A DNA stretch of 64,000 nt. Source: Thermodesulfobacteriota bacterium (GTDB lineage: Bacteria; Desulfobacterota; Desulfarculia; JACQYL01). The stretch spans positions 1,376,001-1,440,000 of the forward strand of contig CAXXLZ010000002.1 in assembly GCA_963675595.2 (NCBI GenBank). The letters are read 5' to 3'. Within the stretch, counting starts at the first letter, position 1; every line of letters starts with the position of its first letter. The notes below the pieces were generated by a model. That model saw only the letters and a program-made list of their open reading frames with translations. It was not told where the DNA came from and did not search any database. Of the stretch, positions 9,730-20,277 are shown one piece after another. A program made the position numbers and the translations under genes.

Positions 9730-11028
9730 TGTCAAGCCCCCGGTTTTTGGTCCAGCAATTATGAGAGTTTTTCTCAAGGCCCTGTGATTTCTGTGCTTGG
9801 TCCTTGGGGCATCGGCGAAGCCGAGCAAAGCGAGGCGGAGTCGATGCCCCAAGGATCGGCCGCGAACCGGGCCGGGGTCATATAATTCAACGCACTGTGC
9901 GGTCTTTCCTCGTTATAGGCTTTCCTCCATTTGGCGGACAGAATTTGCGCTTCCTTGATATTATTGAAAACCTCCACGTTCAAAAATTCATCCCGAAATC
10001 GGCTGTTGAAGCTTTCCACATAGCCGTTCTGCCAGGGAGCCCCCGGTTCGATGAATAGGGCTTCCACTTCCAGGTCTTTCAGCCAATTTCTCACCCTCTT
10101 GGCTATGAATTCCGGACCGTTATCCGATCGAATCCCTTTTGGAACTCCCCGCACGCCCATCAACCGACTTAGTACGTCCAAAACCTCATCACCCGTGATG
10201 GAACGGTCGATCCTCAAGGCCAGGTTTTCCCGGGTAAACTCGTCGACAATGGCCAAGCACTTGAACTGACGGCCGTCGGCCAGGCGATCATGAATGAAAT
10301 CCAACGTCCAGACATCATTTGGAAAAGTCGCCTTTCGTTTGTTGCACGCGTTGGCATCGACTCCCAGGAATCGTTTCTTCCGGGCTCTTCGAGGCACCTT
10401 TAATCCTTCTCGTTTCCAAAGTCGGTGGACTCGCTTGTAGTTCACTACCCATCCCGCTTCACGCAGCAGACGGGTGATCCGACGACATCCAAAACGAGGA
10501 TGCTCTCCAACCAACCGGTGAAGGTCCTTGATCAATTCCTCCTCCTCATCCAACTCCTTCGGCCGATAACGTTGGGTGGATCGATGTTGGCCGGTTATTC
10601 GACAGGCCCGACGCTCTGAAGCCGCATGTTCCCTTCGAACATGCTCAACCGCTTTCCTGCGACGCGCCGGGCTTAGAAGTTTCCCTCCGCAAGGTCCTTG
10701 AGCATTGCTTTGTCCAACATCAGGTCGGCCACCAGCTTCTTCAAACGGGCATTCTCTCTTTCCAGTTGCTTGAGCCTCTTAGCCTCCTCAGCCTTCATAC
10801 CCCCATACTGGTTTCGCCATCGGTGGTACGTCGCCTCGCTCACCTCCAGGAACTGGCAGACCTGCGCTATGGTCTGCCCAGCGGTCAGCCGACGGTCCGC
10901 TTCTTCCAGTTTCCGCACAATTTGCTCCGCGCTATGTCTCTTTCGCTTGGCCATGCAATCCGTCTCCTTCCCTTTTCTTGGGCTTCAGACTCTCATTATA
11001 CATGGACCAATTATCGGGAGGCATTCCA
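9730..11028 (-). mobile_element. IS3-family insertion sequence (IS407-group-like), 1299 bp
   Basis: Imperfect TIRs TGTCAAGCCCCCGGTTTTTGGTCCA / TGGAATGCCTCCCGATAATTGGTCCA. 4-bp direct repeat GCGG at 9726-9729 and 11029-11032. Confidence 0.92.
9774..10954 (-). CDS. IS3 transposase OrfA/OrfB with programmed -1 frameshift
   Basis: OrfA 10673-10954 has an HTH (EVSEATYHRWR). OrfB has the DDE motifs WTLDF, RSDNGPEF and QNGYVESFN. Slippery heptamer GGGAAAC at 10679-10685 just before the OrfA stop. Confidence 0.9.
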
Positions 11029-11865
11029 GCGGTGTTTACTATTTTGGCGCTGTTGATCGGTTTGAGCACATCGGCCCAGGCGTCCCTATTTTACATGGCC
11101 CGCGTTGACGGCTCCATCGGCGGTGTCGGCGCCCATTCCGACGACGTGGTTGTTTACGACACTGCAACCGCCGGCGCATCGGTGGTCCTATCGGGCCATA
11201 CCACTTTTGATACGATTTACGAAGACATCGATGCGCTGCATGTCCTGAACGACGGCACCATCCTGTTCTCCACCATGGGTTCCGCAGCCATCGGGAGCCT
11301 GAGCATTTCGGACGAAGATATCGTTCTTTACAATCCGGCGACGGGTGACGCCTCCATGTTCCTGGACGCGGGCGGCCTGTTCGTCGGCAACGAAAATATT
11401 GACGCCTTGACCATGCTTCCCAACGGCAACCTGCTTATATCGACAAGGAACAGCGCCCAAATCGGGAGCCTCCTGTTCGAGGACGGCGACATCGTGGAGT
11501 ACGATTTGACCACCGGCGCGGCTTCCATCTGGCTTGGGACGGCGGCTACCGGAGGGATCGATATCAACAAGCTGCACCTGATGCCGGACGGCAGCCTCCT
11601 GTTCGGCCTTTTCAACACGAAGCCCGACAATGAGTTCACCGTCAACGGCGTCTCGTTCACGGCCTGTGATCTGCTGGCCTTCGATCCGGCAACCGGGTCC
11701 GTGTCCATGTACTGGGATGCAAGCGAGGAACTCGGCGCGAATTCGGACATCACGCAGATTCACGGAATATCCGTGGCCCCGGTGCCCGTTCCCGCAGCGG
11801 TTTGGTTGCTGGGCAGCGGGCTGTTGGGCTTGGCGGGGATTCGACGGCGTCTATGACATTCGCCG

Positions 11866-12065
11866 GTGAGCATTCAGAGGGTACCCGAAGGAACCCTCTT
11901 TGAAAACTTCTAGTATTTCACTACGTTGTACGGCACATGTCGCTCGTTTTGCGAATCGCGTACGCGATTCGCAAAAGCGCAATGGGGGTCCGGGGGGCCA
12001 TGGGTCCCTCGGCACGGGTTGCAGGGGGACGGTGCCCCCCTGCGGCACACCTCGCGGAAAGGTAC
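11866..12065. repeat. Repeat family 1, subtype B
   Basis: Starts GTGAGCATTCAG, contains the palindrome TTTTGCGAATCGCGTACGCGATTCGCAAAA, ends GGTAC. Confidence 0.75.
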
Positions 12066-12502
12066 AAATTCTTTGCCTTGGCTGCAAGCTCACGTTCCCT
12101 TTCTTGCAGTTTGCTCTCTATGCGCTTCTTATCCGTGTTGTCTCTTATGATTCCTTCGATCGCCAACGGTGCGCCTTCCGCGTCTCTCATAACCGTCCAT
12201 CTATCATGCATCCATCGCACGCAATTATTGGGAAGGCAAATACGATACTCGACCTCTCCCATAACGCAACCCGGTACCAACGCCCGGCGCGATGCCAAGC
12301 GAACCATTTCTCTGTCCTCGGGATGAATCTTCAAGAGAACGCTCTTCTTCGTCCCAAACCCGTAAATCTCCAGCCCCTTTTTGTTGAAAAAGAGAAACTT
12401 TCCCGATGAAACGTGGAAATGGTAGATAATGTCCCGAGACCTGTCGGCGAGGTTCTTGTAATCTTCCGTCAGCGGGGCCTGCAATACGAGCGCACTTTTC
12501 AT
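12066..12502 (-). pseudogene. PAS-domain protein truncated at the repeat boundary
   Basis: PAS/PAC (IHPEDRE...EYRI...RWMHDR...IEGIIRDNT) plus coiled coil LQERERELAAKAKNL. The frame then runs into repeat-derived sequence with no output domain. Confidence 0.65.
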
Positions 12503-12739
12503 ACAACCCCCCGTTTCAGCGGCTTCGACATCACCGCGCGGCCGGATTTTCCGTAAGGCGAATCAGGCACATCGTCGGACGCCGATGGATGAGCGTTGTC
12601 TAAAAAACCATACTCAATCCATCACTATTTGATATCATGGGACACGGGGCGCGCACAAGAGAGTCCAATTCCTCCCTCGCGGCACCGTCCGGCAGCCCGT
12701 TGAAGGAGCCGAGTTATGGGAGGCTGTTTAAAAATGATG

Positions 12740-12954
12740 GCGTCTATTCACAGGGTAGGCGGGGAAACCTTTAGGAGACCGATTGCCGGAGGCATCAGGA
12801 ACGGAGCCCTCGACAAGGGTGGCCCAGTCCGAAAATCTGCTCATCACATGAAGCCTCTCCACCGGAGGCGGTGAGGCCTGCTTGAAGCTTCTAAAGGAGG
12901 GACCGGGGGGGGGGACTTTTTCAAAAGCCCCCCGGCGACCCTGCCAATGAGTAC
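12740..12954. repeat. Repeat family 1, subtype A, abutting a family-2 fragment
   Basis: CGTCTATTCACAGGG...GCCTCTCCACCGGAGGCGGTGAGGCCTGCTTG...GGGGACTTTTTCAAAAGCCCCCC...AATGAGTAC. Confidence 0.7.
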
Positions 12955-13204
12955 CCGTTTCAGGGCGCACCGACGGTTTGGTCCCTAAACGCCTCACTTA
13001 AATTCCGAGGATAGGGTTTTCTTTCTTCAAATCATTTCTGCGGACATTGCATTGTATGACCTTAATCGGTAAAATGGTTCACTTTCATGGAATATGGTCT
13101 AATAACATCACGGACACTTGTGACAGTTGTCGTATTTACGCCATAATGCATTACAAATAAGTGAGTGTCTCCGTAATTTTCAATTGAACGATAAGGAATA
13201 AATC

Positions 13205-15283
13205 ATGCGCAAGCGCTTTCTTTTCTCTGTGATTCTTCTGCCTTTCATCGTTTTGACCTGGAATGCTCCGGCCCTGGCCGCCGAGTATATACATTCCTAC
13301 AGATTTTCGGCGCCGGTGATCAAAGACATGGGCGACGGCACGGTATACCCGGAAATGGCCGATTGCCCTCCGAAGCTGGGCCCCGTCGGCGCACCCATGT
13401 TGCCGAGAAAAATGGCCAAGCTGTTCATCTCCGCCGGAGAAACGGTGGAATCGCTCAAAGTGGTCTGCGCGCCGGCTCTCACCTTACCCGGTAATTACAT
13501 CGTTACGCCGATTCCGGCCCTGGTCCCGCTTTCCAAGGCCCATCTCGCCGAGGCCGCGGCTAAAGACTCGACCCTATACGACTCGAATGCCTTTTATCCC
13601 GGAATCACCCACGTCGATTTGGGGATGCAGACCCTCATGGGCGCTTCCCTGTCCGTGCTTCAGCTCTGTCCGGTCCAGTACAACCCCGTTGACGGTAACA
13701 TCGCCTATTATCCGAAGATGACGGTGACCATTGTGACCCGATCGACCGCGACGCCGTTAGGCGCCGTGTTCCGCAACCGTCCGTCGGACCGGGCCGCCGT
13801 TTTGTCCGCTGTGGACAACAAGGCGGCATTCTATGAAACCGCCTGCTTGGCGCCGGCCAACGCCGAGGCCGCCGGCCCCAGGCAATACCTGATCATAACC
13901 ACCGAAAATCTGCGCGAAGCCATGCAGAACCTGGCGGACCACCGGGCATCCACCGAGGGCGGCAACTTCAATACGCATATCGCTCTCATCGAGGACATCG
14001 ACCAAACGATTTCGGGCCGGGACTTGGCGGAAAAAATGCGCAATTATATCCGAGACTCCTATGAACACTACGGTACCGAATACGTGGTTCTGGGCGGAGA
14101 CGCGCACGGCGCCCCGGAAGAGCAAACCCTGCCCACCCGCGGCTGTACCGCCATGGTGGCCGGCACACTGGATACGAATATCCCCAGCGACCTGTATTTC
14201 GGGTGTCTGGACGGTTCGTGGGACGGCAACAATAACGGTCTATGGGGAGAAATCGACGACGGGACCGACGGCGGAGACATCGACTGGCATTCGGAAGTCT
14301 ACGTGGGTCGCATCAACTCGAAAACACCCGAACGGGCGCTTTCGCAAATCAACAAAATCATCGCCTATGAAACGTCCGATAAACCGTTCAGGTCCCTTAT
14401 GGTGGGTGAAATTATGGATGACGAACCCACCTATGGCGGGGACAAGATGGACTGGCTGGCCGAGTTCATGCCGGAAACGCCCAAGACCACCTTGTACGAT
14501 CGAGATCAATCGAACTTGGACTGGCCCGCAAATCAGCTTACGGACCTGCTGAGTTCGGATGAGTTCGTCTGGATCAACCACCTGGGCCATTCCTATGTTC
14601 AATACAACATGAAACTCACCGAAGACGATATACCGGACATCAACAACTCCAAATACTTCTTCGTCTATACTCAGGGATGCTATCCGGGCGCCATGGACAA
14701 CCGTGACGCTCAGGGCCTTTACGGCTACGAAGACTCCATTGTCGAAAATATGGTTTCGGCCGAAGGACGCGGCCCTTTCGCCGCGGTCGCCAATTCCCGC
14801 TACGGCTGGTACATGCCAGGCAAGGTTTTTGATTCGGCTTCCAACTTGGTCCATGCTTATTTCATCGAACAGGTCGTCCAGGGCGTACGGTCTCTTGGAA
14901 AGGCCAACCAGATCCCCAAAGCGAACCTGGATCTAACCGAACAGGCCTATCGGTGGATCGCCTTTGAGAGCAACTTGTTCGGGGACCCCGCCACCCAACT
15001 GCCTCCTCAACAGAGACCCGATCCTCCCGAACTGCTGCTTTCCGTTGAGGGGACCCTGGTCACTCTGAGCTGGAGCACGGTGGAAACCGCCGATGGGTAT
15101 ACCCTCTTTTATGCACCGGCTCCTTTTTCGGGGCCGGATACGATCGGAAGCATCGATATGGGAAGTCAAACCGAAATCTCTTTCGATCTTTGGAGCGGCG
15201 CGGCGTTTCTGGCGGCCGTTCAGGCACGTAACGGCATGGGCGTCGGTGATTATTCAAATATCGAGTCTTTGGTCATTCCTTGA
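13205..15283 (+). CDS. C25-family (gingipain-like) cysteine peptidase with propeptide and C-terminal FN3-like domain
   Basis: Signal peptide; YLIIT, YVVLGGD, SDLYF, VYVGRI; catalytic-type NHLGHS and QGCY; NLFGDP. Confidence 0.88.
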   Translation: MRKRFLFSVILLPFIVLTWNAPALAAEYIHSYRFSAPVIKDMGDGTVYPEMADCPPKLGPVGAPMLPRKMAKLFISAGETVESLKVVCAPALTLPGNYIVTPIPALVPLSKAHLAEAAAKDSTLYDSNAFYPGITHVDLGMQTLMGASLSVLQLCPVQYNPVDGNIAYYPKMTVTIVTRSTATPLGAVFRNRPSDRAAVLSAVDNKAAFYETACLAPANAEAAGPRQYLIITTENLREAMQNLADHRASTEGGNFNTHIALIEDIDQTISGRDLAEKMRNYIRDSYEHYGTEYVVLGGDAHGAPEEQTLPTRGCTAMVAGTLDTNIPSDLYFGCLDGSWDGNNNGLWGEIDDGTDGGDIDWHSEVYVGRINSKTPERALSQINKIIAYETSDKPFRSLMVGEIMDDEPTYGGDKMDWLAEFMPETPKTTLYDRDQSNLDWPANQLTDLLSSDEFVWINHLGHSYVQYNMKLTEDDIPDINNSKYFFVYTQGCYPGAMDNRDAQGLYGYEDSIVENMVSAEGRGPFAAVANSRYGWYMPGKVFDSASNLVHAYFIEQVVQGVRSLGKANQIPKANLDLTEQAYRWIAFESNLFGDPATQLPPQQRPDPPELLLSVEGTLVTLSWSTVETADGYTLFYAPAPFSGPDTIGSIDMGSQTEISFDLWSGAAFLAAVQARNGMGVGDYSNIESLVIP

Positions 15284-15406
15284 GGGAGCCTGTTCGCAGT
15301 CCGATATGGACTGAGACGACTCCTCCATGCTAACCTGAAATTCGAGATCCGGCGACTCGCCGGTCGTCGGCATTCAACCCATTTCCCGCAGCATCGGGAG
15401 GGTGCC

Positions 15407-15754
15407 ATGAAAAAGATCGTGTTGACGGCATTCAACGGGGAGTTCATGTGTTTCGTGCATGTGCTTCTCAATGCGCTGGACATGAAGGCCCGCGGGTATG
15501 ATGTCAAAATCGTGGTTGAAGGGGCGGCCACCAAGGTCGTTCCCGAGCTCTTCGCGGAGGGCAATCCTCTGAAGGGTCTCTACCGGAAAGTGAAGGAACA
15601 AGGTTTGATCGACGCCGTGTGCAAGGCCTGCTCCACCAAAATGGGCGTTCTGGCCGCGGTGGAGGCGGAAGGTCTTCCCTTGGCGGACGAAATGTCCGGA
15701 CATCCGAGTCTGGCTCGGTACATGGAAGCGGGCTACGAAATCATCACCTTCTGA
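15407..15754 (+). CDS. DsrE-like family protein
   Basis: CFVHVLLNALDM, VCKACS, MSGHPS...GYEIITF; RBS GGGAGG. Confidence 0.75.
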   Translation: MKKIVLTAFNGEFMCFVHVLLNALDMKARGYDVKIVVEGAATKVVPELFAEGNPLKGLYRKVKEQGLIDAVCKACSTKMGVLAAVEAEGLPLADEMSGHPSLARYMEAGYEIITF

Positions 15755-15882
15755 TGCCGCGGCGCGAGAAACCGCATTGAGCGGCCGGCCGTCTTCCGGG
15801 CAGGCAGTGTGGCCTGCCCCTGCAATAGACGAGCTCCTACCGTGAGGGATTACGGCAAGAGGGCCTCCCCTACAAAGCCTGA

Positions 15883-16071
15883 ATTCCCATTCACGGAGTG
15901 GAATGTTGGTTCTCGTGAACGGGGGGGCTCCGTCCTTTTCGGGACGAAGCCGGTCTTGCAGGAATCTTTGCCGATTCAGGAGATGAAAAGAACGCTGGAA
16001 ATCAGCGAGAACGCCTTTTACAAGGGGGGCGGGCGAAGACTTTCTCGAAAGTTTCCCCCGTGAATATCTGT
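15883..16071. repeat. Repeat family 1 copy
   Basis: CCCATTCACGG...GGGCTCCGTCC..GGGACGAAGCCG...GGAAATCAGCGAG...AAGTTTCCCCCGTGAAT. Shares a long block with 25111-25359. Extra right-end motifs at 16141-16156 and 16188-16202. Confidence 0.65.
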
Positions 16072-16229
16072 GTTTTCCGCCTCCTTGTTCCTTGAACTAA
16101 GGGCGCGCACTAATGCCCGCCCTTACAATAGACCGCTTAACCCCGTGAATGATTACAAATCTTTTTCAGCAAAGTTGTCCTTGACGGCCCGTGAATGGGT
16201 GCAATTTTCGTTCAACTAAGGAGAAAAGC

Positions 16230-17144
16230 ATGAAATTATGGAAGCTCGCTATTCTGATGCTGTTGGTGATGCCGGCGATATGGCCTGCGGCGAATCTCGC
16301 ATACGCCGAGGAACAACCCTATCTGGTGCTTGAAGGTCCCGATGTGGTGACCGCAGGATCCAACGTTACTTATACGATTTCCACGGTGGGCGGAACGGAC
16401 AGCGGATATACCTGGTGGCTGGGATATGTTTCCAACAACGCGGCCACAATGGAAGACGGCGTGCTCACCGCTCTAAATCCGGGCATTGCGGGAATCCGGG
16501 TGGCGGGGAACGATACCGGCGCATTGGCCGAACTGCACGTGGAAATTGTTCCCAACGGCAACGGCGGAGTCGGTATCAGCGGCCCCGACAAGGTGAGCAT
16601 CGGCCAAAAAGTCGTTTTCTCGGCAACCACCGGAGGGGTTTCATCAGGGACCTATTACTGGTTCATCATCTATTCGAACCCGACGGGCGTTGCCGCCATC
16701 AACGGCGAAACCGGGGAACTGGAAGGCCTTTCCCAAGGAACCGCCATCATCTGTGCGGTGGATGCCGGCTCAGGTCTGGCGGGGGAGAAAGAGGTCCTGA
16801 TTATTCCGTCCGAAAAGCAGGCCGCACTGGTGAGTATCAGCGCCGGCGTGGGTGAGGGCTTCACCCTGGATTTGATGCTTTCCATCAAGGGAGACATTCC
16901 CGAAGATGCTTCGCTCTATCTCGCCGTGATGTTCGACGACGTGATTTACTACCTTCCCAACCTGAGCACGTCGCCTGAACCGTTTCTGCTGCATCCGGAA
17001 GAAGCCTATTTTGAAAAGGTCCTGTCCGTTCCCGTATCGAGCATTCCCTACAATGAGTACACCTTCTATGCCGCGTTGCTGAACAGTTCCTTCGAGTTCG
17101 TCAGCAACCTGGATACGGCTTTCGTAACAGCGGGCGTCAAATGA
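16230..17144 (+). CDS. Exported protein with two Ig-like (Big_2-type) repeats
   Basis: RBS AAGGAG and signal peptide. Two repeats (GPDxVxxG...YxW...GxLxxLxxGxAxI). Distinct C-terminal domain (LYLAVMF...YTFYAALL). Confidence 0.75.
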   Translation: MKLWKLAILMLLVMPAIWPAANLAYAEEQPYLVLEGPDVVTAGSNVTYTISTVGGTDSGYTWWLGYVSNNAATMEDGVLTALNPGIAGIRVAGNDTGALAELHVEIVPNGNGGVGISGPDKVSIGQKVVFSATTGGVSSGTYYWFIIYSNPTGVAAINGETGELEGLSQGTAIICAVDAGSGLAGEKEVLIIPSEKQAALVSISAGVGEGFTLDLMLSIKGDIPEDASLYLAVMFDDVIYYLPNLSTSPEPFLLHPEEAYFEKVLSVPVSSIPYNEYTFYAALLNSSFEFVSNLDTAFVTAGVK

Positions 17145-17270
17145 GGCGTTGAATAAGAGGACCCGGCTTCGCCGGGAGCCTCTCCGCCGAAGGCGGTGAG
17201 GCCTGCTTGGAAGGTTTGGAAGGGAGATCGGGGGGGCGCTTTTTAAAAAGTCCCCCCCGTGAATCCGTAC
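17145..17270. repeat. Repeat family 1, subtype A
   Basis: GCCTCTCCGCCGAAGGCGGTGAGGCCTGCTTG...AAAAGTCCCCCCCGTGAATCCGTAC, directly after a stop codon. Confidence 0.7.
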
Positions 17271-17293
17271 CGATGCATTTTTCGGCTAGACGC

Positions 17294-17660
17294 CTAACAT
17301 TCCCCCCTGACCTTCTCGATTTTCTTGACAATATCCAGAGCGACTTCCATCACTTCCTCCGGGGCGCGGAAGTCTTCTCCGGCCCGCAAGGCCCTAGACA
17401 CAGGCCGGGGTGTGACGGAAGCAATTGCCGGCCGGGGACAGCCTGATCGCGTTCTAGGCGGCCTCAACGCCCGCATCCAACCGTGTCGCGTCTTTCCCCT
17501 CATAAATCATCCAGGCTTTTGCATTATGTGCCCGGGCTACCGGTTCGAAAAGCCGGACGTCTCCCGATTCCCCGAAACGGTCAGCCACGACGTCATAGGC
17601 CGCCCACGCTTCTTTGGCTTTCCCATCACTTCCAAGACAACGATTTTGTTGCCAACAAAT
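17294..17660 (-). pseudogene. Possible frameshifted remnant of a TPR-repeat protein
   Basis: AKEAWAAYDVVADRFGES...VARAHNAKAW in one frame and APEEVMEVALDIVKKIE in another. Confidence 0.4.
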
Positions 17661-18330
17661 GCGTTGCAACCGCCGTTTGAAAAAAAGCCTGCAAGGACAT
17701 ACACCACGAGCTCTACGGAAAGTCACCAGCATGGATGTATTGGGGACACTGATGCGTAACTTGGGGGATGCCATCAGAATAATATGGTAATTATCAATGA
17801 ATTACGCGCGATTCAAACACCACTGCCGTATCAAAGCAAGATTTCCTCGGCGTACAACGGAGGCATTTGATTAATCGATCCAATCTTTGTATGGTTATCG
17901 TCATCCCGCCCAATCTTGAATGGTTATTGAACAAAGACCACGTACCGACCTTTACCGCCCGTCCGCTGCAAAAGGCCGACGGCTTGCGATCATGATCGCA
18001 TCTCGGTGCGCCGAGCCGTGATTTCGCACCGTACACATCAGTACTATTTGATACCATAACGTCATCGTGGAGGTTCCGGCTTGATGCGAGGAAGGTCCCG
18101 AGTTCGAATCTCCCACCGCCCATCATCCGCCGGCATCATGGATCCGTGGGGACCATTGGATTGCGACCGGTTTTGATGTCGTTTCGAACCAGGAGAACGA
18201 GGGGGGATGCAACAGGGGTTACCCACTACATTCTTCCCGGATCCGACCGATTCAAAAGGGAAGGGAATTGTGGTACTTACCGCATAATCCCGGTCGGCGC
18301 AACGGGCCGTCGCATTGATGGGATCACCGC

Positions 18331-20211
18331 ATGCATCCTCTAGAGCTGGACATCAGGACTTTGTGCTTCGTAACCGTTCTTTTCGCGTTCGGTCTGGGGA
18401 CGGTTCTCATCTCATTCGCTTTGGTCCAGCGCTCCTTCACCGGCCTGAAACGCGTCGGGTTCGGCTTTGCATGTATCGGCCTGGGTTTTTTGCTCATCGG
18501 CCTTCGCGATCACATTCCCCCGGCCCTGTCCGTGGTGGCGGCCAACACCCTGTTGGTAGCGGGCTTCGTCCTCATAAACGACGGCATACGACGCTTTCTC
18601 CACGCGCCGCCCTCCAACATGCAAATCGCCGCGGCGCTGCTGCTGTTCACCATTGCGGTCTTCATCCACTACACGTATTTCAATCCCAATGTTCAGCATA
18701 GGATATTCTGGATAAGCCTTCTCACGGCCGTTCTCGCCGGGGTAAGTTGGAAAAGCCTCCGCCGGGAAACCCCCATCTATTTGAAGGCGCCCCACCGTCT
18801 GATCTCTTTGGGGTTCACTCTTTTCAGCGGCTTCATGTTGTTCCGAGCCTTATGGGTTCTGGAAGACATCCGGATAAGCAACTTCATGAGTGCGGGCAAT
18901 ATTCACGGCTTGGCTTTTCTGGCCATGGTCCTGCTCCTGCTTTTCGTCTCCTTCGGACTGGTATGGATGGCCAACGCGTACCTCCAAAATGAACTCAAGC
19001 AATACGAGCGCATTATTTCAGCCACTCCGGACATGATCATGTTGGTCGACAAGGACGGCGTCTACAGCCTGGTCAACGACGCGATTTTGAAAAATCTGAA
19101 TAAACGCAGGGAAGATGTCCTGGGCAAGCGTTCCGCCGAGCTGTTCGGAGAGGATGTCTTTAAATCCGTGAGCGAGCCGAACCTGAAAAGAGTGTTTGCC
19201 GGAGACATCGGCCGGGCCACACTCTGGCTGGACCTTCCGGTTGAAGGAAGACGATATTTGGCCGTCACCTACCACCCCGTTCCGGACTCGGACGGCCGAA
19301 TCAACTTTGCGGCCATCAACGCCAGGGACATAACCGATCTTGATCGTGCGCAGCGGGAAAGACAACGCATCTTCGATCTTTCCTTCGATATGTTGTGCAT
19401 CGCGGGAATGGACGGGTATTTCAAGGAAATGAATCCCGCCTGGACCAAGACTCTCGGCTGGAGCCGGGAGGAGCTCATGAGGCAGCAATGGGTCGATTTC
19501 GTACATCCGGAGGACATCCGGGCCACCGTTGAAGCGGGAGCCATGCTCATGGAAGGCAAGCCGGTCGTGGACTTCGTGAACAGATATCGGACCAAGGACG
19601 GATATCACAAGCATATCTCATGGAATTCCTATCCGGACCTCTCCAACCGGCTGATTTTTGCGGTAGCAAGAGATATCTCGGATCGCATTCAAATGGAGGA
19701 AGAACTCAAGAGAATGGCCGAGTTCGATCCACTGACCGGGGCCTACAATAGACGGACTTTCATGAAGCGTCTAAGCGACGAAATGGAAAGAAGCCTCCGG
19801 TACCGTATCCCTCTGTCCCTGCTCATGCTGGACATCGATCACTTCAAGGTCGTTAACGACACCTACGGCCATCCGGTCGGGGATCAGGTGCTCAAAAAGC
19901 TGGTTGCCGAATGCGCGGAATCATTGCGCTCCACGGATATGTTTTGTCGCATGGGAGGAGAGGAATTCACGATCCTGCTGCCTCATACGAACATCGGCGA
20001 CGCCCTCGTAACGGCGGAAAGAATACGGGTGAAGCTCAGCAGGAGCACGTTTAATACGAACGACGGGCCCCTGAACTATACCGTGAGCGTGGGCGTTACC
20101 GAAATGCGGCCTGATGATGCCGATGAGTCCGTGGAAAGCATTCTCAAAAGGGTCGACGACGCCCTCTATCTTGCCAAAAACCGGGGCCGCAACAGGGTCG
20201 AAAGGGCTTGA
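18331..20211 (+). CDS. Membrane-bound PAS-PAS-GGDEF diguanylate cyclase
   Basis: About 7 N-terminal TM helices, two PAS domains, DPLTG, RSTD I-site, GGEEF. Confidence 0.92.
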   Translation: MHPLELDIRTLCFVTVLFAFGLGTVLISFALVQRSFTGLKRVGFGFACIGLGFLLIGLRDHIPPALSVVAANTLLVAGFVLINDGIRRFLHAPPSNMQIAAALLLFTIAVFIHYTYFNPNVQHRIFWISLLTAVLAGVSWKSLRRETPIYLKAPHRLISLGFTLFSGFMLFRALWVLEDIRISNFMSAGNIHGLAFLAMVLLLLFVSFGLVWMANAYLQNELKQYERIISATPDMIMLVDKDGVYSLVNDAILKNLNKRREDVLGKRSAELFGEDVFKSVSEPNLKRVFAGDIGRATLWLDLPVEGRRYLAVTYHPVPDSDGRINFAAINARDITDLDRAQRERQRIFDLSFDMLCIAGMDGYFKEMNPAWTKTLGWSREELMRQQWVDFVHPEDIRATVEAGAMLMEGKPVVDFVNRYRTKDGYHKHISWNSYPDLSNRLIFAVARDISDRIQMEEELKRMAEFDPLTGAYNRRTFMKRLSDEMERSLRYRIPLSLLMLDIDHFKVVNDTYGHPVGDQVLKKLVAECAESLRSTDMFCRMGGEEFTILLPHTNIGDALVTAERIRVKLSRSTFNTNDGPLNYTVSVGVTEMRPDDADESVESILKRVDDALYLAKNRGRNRVERA

Positions 20212-20277
20212 GGTCTTCCTCCACTCCCGGCCGGGTACGGATGTTTCCCCGGAGACAATGTGCACAAATACCGTGCC

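Larger units (their letters stand above)
9708..11856 (+). pseudogene. VPLPA-CTERM (PEP-CTERM-like) exported protein, interrupted by IS3 in its signal peptide
   Basis: Removing 9730-11028 and one GCGG restores ATG(9708) MKNVYGAVFTILALLIGLSTSAQA. Three ~50-aa repeats (DIVxY...IDAL). C-terminal VPVPAAVWLLGSGLLGLAGIRRR. Confidence 0.85.

Noticed and set aside
10978-11856. ORF-track start at 10978 as the native gene
   Set aside because: The first codons lie inside the IS3 element; the native start is 9708.
11900-12409. ORFs spanning repeat copies (also 20869-21241 and 12728-12997) with similar peptides such as RIAYAIR
   Set aside because: The similarity comes from translating the DNA repeat, not from a protein family.
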